Below, piece by piece: positions 53,198 to 64,000 of a stretch of DNA of 64,000 bases (position 1 is the first letter of the stretch; every line of letters starts with the position of its first letter). This DNA comes from Octopus vulgaris. Its lineage: Eukaryota. Both the position numbers and the translations under genes were made by a program. The notes below the pieces were generated by a model. That model saw nothing but the letters and a program-made list of their open reading frames with translations. It had not been told where the DNA came from and searched no databases. The stretch is from positions 118,110,001 through 118,174,000 of the forward strand of contig OX597819.1 in the NCBI GenBank assembly GCA_951406725.2, written 5' to 3'.

Positions 53198-53220
53198 CCA
53201 CCACCAGCACCACCATCATC
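52915..53220. repeat. (CAT)n/(CAC)n compound microsatellite
   Basis: Direct reading. Confidence 0.99.
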
Positions 53221-53485
53221 AAGCAGAATAAAAAAATTAAGCGTTGTAAGCTATTGAGAAAATAAGATAACATATACGACGAATTAGAAAAGGAAGATGT
53301 TATTTTTTTTTCTTTCTATAAAGCAACATGGAATTCATATGATTTATATTCATGATCTTATTATCTTCATTTTCAATTTGGTAAAGAAACGTAGAATATG
53401 AACACAGGTGCAATAAAATAAGATCAGCTAGAAAAGCAAATAAACCTGATAAAACTATTTCACTTCTCCCTGTCGCAAAAAATGA

Positions 53486-53566
<81 letters not shown>

Positions 53567-53922
53567 GTATATATATATGTATATACATGTATATACATAT
53601 ATATAAATGTATATACATGTATATATATGTGTGTGTGTGTCTGTGTATATAACTATATATATAAATATATGTGCGTGTGTTTGTGTGTGTATTTGTGTGT
53701 GTTTATCACTGAATTATATATCGATGGACACAAGAAGTAATAAATATGAATATATATCTAAGTTGATATTTAAATATCTGTATACACACTATCACCACAC
53801 TCAAGCACACACACACACACATACACATTGACACACACGGTCCTACGCATACACGCATACACAAGCGCACACGCGCACATATGCATAGAAATATAATTTC
53901 AAGGAAAATGGATGGATTATAT

Positions 53923-54050
<128 letters not shown>

Positions 54051-54258
54051 AAAGAAAGGAAGGTCCCTCTTACACTGCCCGGAAAATTAAGGTTATTAAT
54101 AGCATCAATTTGTGAATACAGACTGTTATAATGTTGAGCATACATATTAGTGTAAATATGTTCTCATAAATTCTTCCATACTGAAATTAACTTACTCTCG
54201 GAGAAAGTTGCGAAAAGGCTGTAATGCTATAGAAAGTCATAAATATCTATTCATGCCG

Positions 54259-54497
54259 CTCTTTTACTCTTCTACTCTTTTACATGTTTCAGTCATTTCG
54301 CATTTAATCGAGCAAATCGCACCCAGGACTTATTCTTTGTAAACCTAGTAGTTATTCAATCGGGGTATTTTGCCGAACCGCTTTGTTACGGGGACGTACA
54401 CACACCAGCATCGGTTGTCAAGCGATGTTGGGGTGACAAACACACACATATACATATATACACACGTACATACATATATATATGTGTGTGTGTGCAC

Positions 54498-54570
<73 letters not shown>

Positions 54571-54738
54571 CATATATATACAACGGGGTTCTTTCAGATT
54601 CTCTCTAGCAAATCCACTCACAACGCTTTGGACGGCCCGAGGCTATAGTAAAATCACTTGCCCAAGATGCCACGCAGTGGGAGTGAACCCGGAATCATGT
54701 GGTTGGTAAGCAAGCTACTTACCACAGCCACTCCTGTG
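54259..54738 (-). mobile_element. SINE family A, full length, head abutting a U6 copy
   Basis: Reverse complement cacaggagtggctgtggtaagtagc...gactgaaacatgtaaaagag. Confidence 0.92.
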
Positions 54739-54740
54739 AG

Positions 54741-54826
54741 AAAATATGTAGCGCTTCACACATTTCCGTGTCATCCTTGTGCAGGGGCCATGCTAATCTT
54801 CTCTGTATCGTTCCAGTACCAAGTAC
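54741..54826 (-). pseudogene. U6: U6 snRNA pseudogene
   Basis: Reverse complement TGGAACGATACAGAGAAGATTAGCATGGCCCCTGCACAAGGATGACACG...GTGAAGCGCTACATATTTT contains the ACAGAGA box, AGC triad and ISL; the 5' stem-loop appears collapsed (GTACTTG-GTAC). Confidence 0.95.
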
Positions 54827-55779
54827 TGTTGATAATTTCCGCTGCACGTGCAGTTCCAGTGTGACATGTAGGGTTGGGCTGAAGGATAAATCCCACCACT
54901 TGCACCCACAATTGGACTTAGTATCTTAACCGTTATGCGAACACTCTAATCAACTTTTAACATGAAATTATTTAGATACCAGGAAGGTTGTTAGACTATT
55001 AGACATTATTATTAATCTGTATAAATAAAGTTGTGACATAATTGCAATTTATTTTATGTTAAACCGGTCGTTGTTTCTTGTCACGCGACAACACATTTCC
55101 ATCGGCTTTTTCGTGTTTCATTTCGTTGATACTTCAAAAACAGTCATAACAGTAGAAGGATATCCTATGCATATACTCATTGACGATTATACGCTTAAGA
55201 CTCATGAAGTGCGAAGCAGAAACGAAGAGATCAAATTAGAGAGAAAGAGGTAAAGGGAAAGAGAGCAATAGTTACAAGATGGTGGAACAGGGAGATTAAC
55301 GACATTAGAATAGACAAAGCCTAAGAGATACGTTGGTGTTGTTCTGAGTGCTTGCTTAGATGACGTAACAATTATGTTAAATCAAGACATATACTGATAC
55401 AGACAAGCTACAGTAACACTGAGATTTTTGTTTCTCTTATGTACATATATAAATACATATGAATGCATGTGTAAAGGAATATATGCCAGAGGGGTTAAGG
55501 AAAGTATATGATTAACGGTCAGTTTAATAAAACCTTGCGTAAAGCAATTAATTAGTGGTCGCTTGAAGCTACTCAGCAGGAATCAAGTTGAGGATCAGGT
55601 GCATTCTGCTGAATCTACTTCATCCTGAGGAAGCCGTTTCGAGAGTGTGCGCTTGGGAATGAGTGACGAAGCAAGAGGTTGCTAAAGCGATATAGACATC
55701 ACCAGGCTTAATTTAAATGTATGGAGACTAGCTATGTGTACACATACGCCTATACACACAGACACACTTACACACATAT

Positions 55780-55889
<110 letters not shown>

Positions 55890-56244
55890 TTAAGTTTGAA
55901 AACGGAGAGATTTAATAAGATACAACTTTATTAATTATTGAACATATTCTCCTACGATATTTTCCATTTAACAACCAACATTAATGTACAATACATATGT
56001 AAATATATAATCTTGCATTCTAAATTACCTTGCATCGAAAATCATAACGATGCTCAAAAGGGAAATACAATGATTATATTGTGATCCGCTTGAATACACA
56101 GAATGTATAATCATGTTTATTATGTGTGTATATATTTGTGTGTGTGCACACATGCATTAAATTTACATATATTTTTAATTCAATAATAACAACAACAACA
56201 ACAACAATAATAATAATGATTTTAAAAAATAATAATGAATAATA

Positions 56245-56409
56245 GGCGTAGGAGTGACTGTGTGGTAAGTAGCTTGCTTATCAACCACATGGTTCCGCGT
56301 TCAGTCCCACTGCGTCGCACCTCGGGCAAGTGTCTTCTACAATAGCCTCTGGCCGACCAAATCTTTGTGAGTGGATTTGGTAGACGGAAACTGAAGGAAG
56401 CCCGTCGTA

Positions 56410-56448
<39 letters not shown>

Positions 56449-56674
56449 TTGCGTGCGTGTTTGTGTGTGTGTCTGTGTTTGTCCCCGACATCGCTTGACA
56501 ACCGATGTTGGTGTGTTTACGTCCCCATATCGTAACGGTTCGGCGAAAGAGACCGATAGAATATGTTCTGGGCATATAAAGAATAAGTCTTGGGGTCGAT
56601 TTGCTCGACTAAAGGCGGTGCTCCCACATGGCCGCAGTGAAATGACTGAAACAAGTAAAAGAGTAAGAGAGAGT
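56245..56674 (+). mobile_element. SINE family A, full length
   Basis: ggcgtaggagtgactgtgtggtaag...gactgaaacaagtaaaagag. Confidence 0.95.
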
Positions 56675-56832
56675 AACGAGTTATACTATAGAAGAGTTAA
56701 TCTAAATAATGAATAAAACAAAATAAGAATGAAATAAATCGAATTTTGTCTTTGGAGCAAAAAAAAATGCTAGATCTAAAATTTCTCTAAGAGTTCAACG
56801 CAACAAGTAAAAGTACTATCAAGTAAAACTAC

Positions 56833-57127
56833 TATTTGTTGGCACTTCAACATGGCTGTCCGTTCCAACGGAATCCGCTGCGATTACTTAACCCCGAGAG
56901 GACATCTCCTCTAGCTGGTTAACGAAGCAGAGTGGCATTCCATAAATTGCGAGCAGGGGAGCGAAGCCCTACCACCTTCTGCTGATGTGACCAGCAGACC
57001 ACTCCCGGTTTCAGGCTCTTTATGCAACTGTTTTATATTCGACAGTACTTAGAACAGTACTTAGAACTAGAAGTACTTAGAAGTAGCATTGTCGCCGGTT
57101 GCAAAATCATCGACAGAGTTCCTTTGA

Positions 57128-57201
<74 letters not shown>

Positions 57202-57400
57202 TAAAACGGTAAGATAACAAAAGAAGGAAAGAGACCTCAATATTATGTAAAGAGTGGAATTTATCTGTAAAATAATATGTGACAATTATTCAGCAGCCAA
57301 GATAACCGAAGAGATGGTGGCGTGTATTTCCATCTCGGCATCCGAAACTCAGAGTTTTATCTTGGCTACTGAATAATTGTCGCATATTATTTTACAGATA

Positions 57401-57445
<45 letters not shown>

Positions 57446-57696
57446 CGAGCAGAAGCGAGTTACTGTCATCTCTAGCAGATGATGTGTCCAGTACTGATGA
57501 GTTGTAGAAATAGCCCGAAGCCATTCCTGGTCTGCTGGTCTCGTCGCTAGAAGGCGGTAGGTGTTTGCTCTCCTGCTCGGAATTTATCGGATGTTGCTCT
57601 GCTTCGTTATTCCGCTATAGGAATTGTACACTTGGGGCTAAAAAATCGTAGCAGAGTCCGTCGGAACGGACAGCCATGATGAAGAGGCTACAAATA
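56833..57696. mobile_element. MITE-like element with ~185-bp imperfect terminal inverted repeats and nested inserts
   Basis: catggctgtccgttcc..., taacgaagcagag, gagcagg, cctaccaccttct, gaccagcagacca on the left all recur reverse-complemented at 57513-57696. Confidence 0.8.
57262..57400 (+). ncRNA. Type I hammerhead-like motif (core 57306-57356) closed by a 44-bp inverted repeat
   Basis: gataa-CCGAAGA-GATG...CATC-C-GAA-ACTC-A-GAGT-T-ttatc; arms 57262-57305 and 57357-57400, 42/44 Watson-Crick. Confidence 0.55.
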
Positions 57697-57734
57697 TTTC
57701 ACTCTCTCTCTCTTTCTATCTCTCTCTTTCTCTC

Positions 57735-57791
<57 letters not shown>

Positions 57792-57794
57792 GTA

Positions 57795-57826
<32 letters not shown>

Positions 57827-58124
57827 ATAAATTGTAAAGTATAATGAATAAGCGTTCTAATTGGACAAAACAGCATTCCTATATTATCATAAATCGAACA
57901 TATATATATATATTAAACTCATCAGGGCATAAAAGCAATTAGTATAAAATATATATACATATACCAATATAAAAGTTGATAAACCTAAAAGAGTAATACT
58001 TTTCGGTTTAACGAAACTATAAATTTATTTTCATATATGTGCGCGTGTGTGCTTGCGCGTGTGCGTGTGTGTGCGTGTGTGTATGTGAATGTATGTATAT
58101 ATATACATACATAATTGAGTATAC

Positions 58125-58348
58125 ATAAGAGAGAGTACTGAAAAGTTCTTGGTTTTAAAGCTGTCACCAAAAGCCTGGCTTCGGCCCAAAGTTCCGAGTT
58201 ATTCAACAGGCCTTAGAAAAAAACTGAAAGACCAACGTGATAAATGTGTAATTCTGAGATGAGGGTATGTTGACTAAAATCATACTTAACTATGCCTCCT
58301 ATATTTTCAGTCAACCAAAGCCATAAACATTTCAGCTTGCCCTCCTAT
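58125..58348 (+). mobile_element. Internally deleted mariner remnant (second family)
   Basis: TIR-like ctgaaaagttcttggtttt / aaagccataaacatttcag; C-terminal remnant KLKDQRDKCVILR*GYVD*. Confidence 0.6.
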
Positions 58349-58503
58349 ATATACTAATATGTACACTAATATGTTTGCCGAACATTACAGAATACAATTA
58401 TATATTCACAAATATACATATGTGTGTATATGTATACACACTGACATATATAATATATTCATACTTATATACTTATGTATAAACGTATTATAAATATGCA
58501 TGC

Positions 58504-58564
<61 letters not shown>

Positions 58565-58565
<1 letters not shown>

Positions 58566-58756
58566 AATTTACAGTAAAAACAAAACAAAACAAAACCAAA
58601 GACGTAGAAGTGTGTGTAAAAAACAAACAGATGTTTTAGTTTAACGCTCGGGAAATGAGAATGTCTTTTACGTTTCTTCAGCAGAAAGGAACGCAGAAAT
58701 AAACAGAGGTAGAAAATAAAAAATTGGTTTAGTGGCTAGCGGTCAATCATGGTGAA
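58565..58756 (-). mobile_element. Family P1 element; hammerhead-like motif lacking stem II (58665-58688)
   Basis: Reverse complement CTTT-CTGCTGA-A-GAAAC-GTA-AAAG; TA flanks. Confidence 0.65.
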
Positions 58757-58766
58757 TATATATATA

Positions 58767-59080
58767 TCGTCATCATCATTGTTTGACCGTGGTCGAGACA
58801 ATGGAATTTACCATGTTACGCCAGACTTCACGGTCCATCATGGCATTACGGAGATCCTGTTGCTGGATGCATGTATCCCTGGAGATTACATCAGGGTAGG
58901 AGAGTGTGCGCCCTCTGGTATTGCGAGTAGATGGCTTCCAGAGGAGAAGAGTAGAAATTACTTCTTTTTCAGCTCTACAACAATGTCCAGCAAAGTGGAA
59001 CCTCCTACCTTTCACAAGAGATGACACAGGTGGTAGTTTCCCATATATTTGCATTTTGGTTGGATGGCGCTTCCACGAGA
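58767..59080 (-). mobile_element. RTE-group LINE 3' end with (TGA)n tail
   Basis: ISWKRHPT..IYGKLPPVS..RRFHFAGHCCR..LLWKP..RGR..MMDREVWR. Confidence 0.88.
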
Positions 59081-59247
59081 TATATATATATATATTCATA
59101 TTTCTAAATCTCCCTAATGGAGACTGCGGCAGCAGTATTGGATATTATTAGTTATCGCCAAGCTAACATGGAAGTCCGGGTAAAATAGGACGAATGCTGC
59201 CGTTGATTAGCTCATATATATATATGTATGTATAGATCTATCTATCA

Positions 59248-59292
<45 letters not shown>

Positions 59293-60157
59293 CTCTTGGC
59301 AACACACACTCCTCCCATCGACGAAAACCTCATAGCACCAAAGGAGCAAAGGAACTGCGACTGACTGTCCAAAAAACCGTAAGCTTGAGTGTCCATATCC
59401 TCGGATCCACAGGACATACTCTTCTACAGACAATCCTACCATTTCTTTTCCACATTCACCTGTCCTTGCCATCAATAAAGTTGCATGCTCTGCCCTAACT
59501 ACACAAAATATGAAACATCATTTAACTTCTTTCCCGATTGATTACAGGTGTGCAATTAAGTTAATTATACTTTCGCTCTATACTGGCTGGTATATAAAGT
59601 TACCAAAGTTTATGTACATATATACGCGTGTGCGTATGTACCTGCGTGTGTGTGTATAAATATATCGATATATGCAGTCTTACATAGTGATACATATAGA
59701 GAGATTCATGTATGTGTATATGTATGCATGTATGAAAGTATATATGTATATACAGAAATAAATGGATTTACATTACCGGATGTGATTGGTTGTGTGGTTA
59801 ATTTGGAAATTTTGTATATGTGTGTTTCTGTCTTTCGTATCTGCAGCAAAATAAATAAATGAATAAAATTACGATAGAAAAATATATTCCAAGCATTTTG
59901 CAGATACTTCACTTTTTTTCAAAAGAGAAAACAAATTTGAATATATATATATATATATATATACATATAATCATACAAAGGACCACCTATATATACCAAA
60001 ATATGTATGCATGTGTGTGTGTGCTGCGCGTTTCTTTCTTTTAATCTACACAATCTATACATATATCAGTCTCATCTACAAATACATACATCCACATGTA
60101 AGTATTTATGAATATATACATGTGTAGCTATGTTTGTGTGTAAATATATACACACAC

Positions 60158-60227
<70 letters not shown>

Positions 60228-60244
60228 GTATACATGTATACATG

Positions 60245-60337
<93 letters not shown>

Positions 60338-60916
60338 TATATATATACATACATATATATATATATATGCAACTATGTTTACATGTGTGTAGCAAAAAAT
60401 GTCTTTCTTTTGCTGTTTATTTAAGAACGGTTGTCTTATTCTTTTTAAATAAAATTTTTACCGGTTTTCTTCGACTTTTAGTTATTTCGTTTCATATTCT
60501 CACGCTTTTGTTTTAGAAAAGAGTTTTTTGTGCTACGTGTTGTAATATTTGCCAATTTGTTTCGTTTTTATTCGCTGAACAAATTTTAAATTAAATCGCA
60601 TCAATATTTCTTTCATATATTTTTAGTCATTCAAGTCAATTTTTTCATTTAGTTTTCTTACTTCTAATTCTTTCTTACAATTATATGTATATTTATATTA
60701 TTGACTATATAGACTGAGTTATTTATTATTTCTTTTTATATCGCAATTACTAGACAATGGTGTATATGGCTGCAGTCTCTATGCAAGCTAACTATTAGTT
60801 CAAAGAGTTTTTCACAGCTTCAGTGAAAAGCGAGTGTTTGTAATATGGCATGTGCATATCAGTCGGTCTGAAGCATCATTTCACAGACATCAATTCGTTT
60901 TATAGCAAACGGGTAT

Positions 60917-61656
60917 GACCCGGGCATTATTGTCGACAGCGATTTGCGTTGGACAAAACATATTCCTAAAATTGCCAAGAAAGCTGAAGGTGTCTTAGCA
61001 TCACTTACCAAGTCCTCTGTGAACCGCTCTGCGGCTATCTATCTGAGGCTTTATATAGCTATGGTGCGGTCTCACCTGGAATTTGCATCACCGGTCTTGA
61101 ACCCCTATCTTGCCCAGGATATTAATTGTCTGGAAGCCGTTCCGCGACGTGCAACCAAGAGAATACCCTCCATCAGGCATTTGCCATATTCTGAACGCCT
61201 TACTTCCCTGGGCATGGATACATTGAAACTCCAACGTCTGGCAGCTGACTTGGCAGACACCCATAAAATTATTAACCATCTTACTAACAATAACTCTGAG
61301 CACCTTTTCAAACTCCACCTGTCTAACACCCGTAAACATGTTTACAAAGTCAGAAAACAGCACAGCTCCCATGACTTTCGGAAACATTTTTTTACGCTAA
61401 GAGTTGCTATAGCATGGAACAAACTGTCGGCGTCAGTTGTTAGTTGTCAGAGCACTGCCTCCTTCAAAATTTCTATGCTTCGTGAGATTCGCCAGTACAA
61501 CACCTGATTTTCCCCCCTCCATACACACGCAAGCATTTATCTCACTCGTACACTGTTCACTTCCCAGACATTTGTACATTACTGCATATGCTTTATATGC
61601 ACTTTTGACAAGTTGTGGTGCACCTGAGCACTGTATACAATACTTTCATTATTATT
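60917..61656 (+). mobile_element. CR1-like LINE 3' end (second family): ORF2 C-terminus to 61507, 3' UTR, (ATT)n tail
   Basis: DPGIIVDSDLRWTKHI, LYIAMVRSHLEFASPV.NPY, LEAVPRRATKRI, YSERL..L, FFTLRVAIAWNKL. Confidence 0.92.
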
Positions 61657-62541
61657 TTAATATATATTGGTTTCAACGTGTGGCATAGGTTGAGGAATAT
61701 CGGGACAAGCTAATTGTTCAAATGACATCGAGCCTAGGGTTCAAAGTGAGGTTATTTCATCGAACTCGATAGAATGAAAGGGAATGTCGAGCTTGGTGAA
61801 ATTTGAAGTCAGAAAGTCAGTGCCGCTCAGTATTTTGCTCAGGTATGTTAACGATTGTGCCAACTCGCCCCCTTCGGGATCTTTATTATGTTATCATTAC
61901 GCATATAAAATCTTCAGTACATGGAATATATATTTCCAACAATGGTTTAGAAGGATCAGTGTTACGTAGATTTCAATACATTTTCTACGCTTATGAAGCT
62001 ACAGAAACAAACCGAGCACAACGAGAAAAAAAACACCAAAATTGACAAAATGCTATCTCACGAAACATGATAATGATCGTATATGGAAACATTCTTACGA
62101 AATATAGTTTTCATGACCGACCTTGAAATTCTCTTGAACATTCCATCTGTTTTGTAAGCTTCACAATGTGGAATTCTTCTTCCGCCCATTCTAACAATGA
62201 AACAGAATCCTTTTCACAACTACAGCAGCAGCAGTAGCAGCAATTAACTCTATATCACCACCACTACCACGACTAGCACCACCACCACCACCAACACCAA
62301 CACTGCCACTGTTGCTGCTGCTGCTGCTACTAATACTACCACTACTGCTACTACTACTACTGATGATGATGATGATGATGATGAGGGTGAGGAGAATGGT
62401 GATGGTAATGAAATATATTTTACTTAGAAACGATAGCAAATTAATTAAAGTCGAAGAATGTAGATATTTAGAGGAGGTCAAATTTTCGAGCGGTACAATT
62501 TATATTTGCAGAAAACTTGGAACGCAAAGTTTTACTAGATT

Positions 62542-62624
<83 letters not shown>

Positions 62625-63154
62625 TCTGATATGATATCAGATAATATGGGATATAAAGTACATGTTATAGAGTGTTAAGATCCTGAATGAGAGAAAAAAT
62701 GTAAATTGAGAGACAGGGAAGGAAGTTGAATTATCAATCGTTTTTTTTTTCATCGATTTGTTATCATCGATTACATTACTTAATGAATGATGTTTAAAAA
62801 AATTAGCGATCTACCTGTAATAAGTGAGATAAATTTGGAAGTATACATTTGCCATCTTGCGTAATATCAAGAAATGTAGGAAGACATTATAAATAAAATT
62901 TGACTTTCATCAAATTTCTACGCGTTAATACAAAATGAAATCAATATAAAACTTTCAAAATTAAATTAATTTCCTTTAAAATAAGATTAAGTAAAAACAT
63001 TTCCCATATGTATATTTGTAATATGAATATTATTTTTCTAAATCTTATGAATATTGTCGCAATATAATCCATTGAGAAACATTTTCATTGGAAAAAATCT
63101 GTATGTTTTCTTTTAAAATTATCATTGGCTGCCAAAATGTCTCGTATTCATTTA

Positions 63155-63332
63155 TCATTTTAATTGTTTCAGTCATTTGACTGCGGCCATGTTGGAGCAC
63201 AGCCTTTAGTCCAGCAAATCGACCCCAGGACTTACTCTTTGTAAGCCTAGTACTTATTCTATCGGGTTCCGTTGCCGAACGCTAATTTAGGAGGGCGTAA
63301 ACATACCAGCATCAGTTGTCAAACGATGCTAG

Positions 63333-63377
<45 letters not shown>

Positions 63378-63540
63378 CACAACAGCTTCTTTCAGTTTCC
63401 GTCTACCAAATCCTCTGACGAAGGCTTTGGTCTGCCCGAGACTATAGTAGAAGATCCCTGCCCAAGCTTCCCCGCAGTGGGACTGAACGCGGAACCATGT
63501 GGTTGGTAAGCAAGGTACTTACCACACAACCACTCCTGCG
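63155..63540 (-). mobile_element. SINE family A, near full length
   Basis: Head, internal TA/CA tract and tail. Confidence 0.92.
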
Positions 63541-63727
63541 ACTAATGCGCGTTCATCCTTCAACTCCGGTTTTAATTCTCGTTATAACTTACTCTTATTC
63601 TCTCTCATTTTGTCTCTCTACGATGCAAAATGGGTTCGGAGTAATCAACCGACTAAAAAAGCTTATAAATTTTATTGGTTTCAGTCATTTCACTGCGAGC
63701 ATCCCTGCAGAATCATCATGAGGAATA

Positions 63728-64000
63728 TTATTGGGTAAGACAGCCTTTGGCAGTAATTACAGCTTGAATTCTACGAGGTATGGACTCATCCAAAGTTTGA
63801 ATTTTTTCCAAAGCAATTTTTGTCCATTCTTCAGCTAAAACCGTCTCCAGTTCTTGTAGTGATAATGGTGCAGGATATCGACCCCTTACTTGTTTTTCTT
63901 AAATGCTTATTGAGATCTGGAGAGTGTGATGGACAGCTATGATGCTGAACTTCTCTAGAATGTTCCTCGTGTCATTCAGTAACACATTTAGCTGTGTGAA
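63728..64000 (-). pseudogene. Tc1-like transposase C-terminal fragment running off the window
   Basis: HTAKCV...PSHSPDLN...LQELETVLAEEWTKI...SIPRRIQAVITAKG..TQ*. Confidence 0.85.

Overview
AT-rich eukaryotic non-coding DNA (intron or intergenic). The SINE families resemble those I associate with octopus (coleoid cephalopod) genomes; the species assignment is an inference. I can support no host protein-coding gene: nearly all listed ORFs are microsatellite translations or transposon fragments. The window holds many copies of at least four tRNA-derived SINE families, a full-length but broken DD34D mariner (34868-36159), a 5'-truncated Penelope-like element (PLE; RT plus GIY-YIG, ORF 19912-~21710, minus strand), fragments of CR1-like, RTE-like and R4/Dong-like LINEs, a Tc1 fragment, a MITE and a U6 snRNA pseudogene. 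Most notable: (1) minimal type I hammerhead-ribozyme-like motifs with non-canonical cores (U3-A8, A6U/C, U4C), in the PLE 3' repeat and in short non-coding elements that sit in or beside (TA)n tracts, one with an inversion breakpoint exactly at the predicted cleavage site; (2) a head-to-tail U6-SINE fusion; (3) a SINE/LINE shared 3' stem-loop with compensatory changes; (4) an R4/Dong-like LINE inside (TAA)n; (5) a 2.4-kb fold-back palindrome and G/C-depleted ghost duplicates that may be assembly artefacts. All motifs and alignments were read by eye and boundaries are approximate unless a TSD or TIR is quoted.
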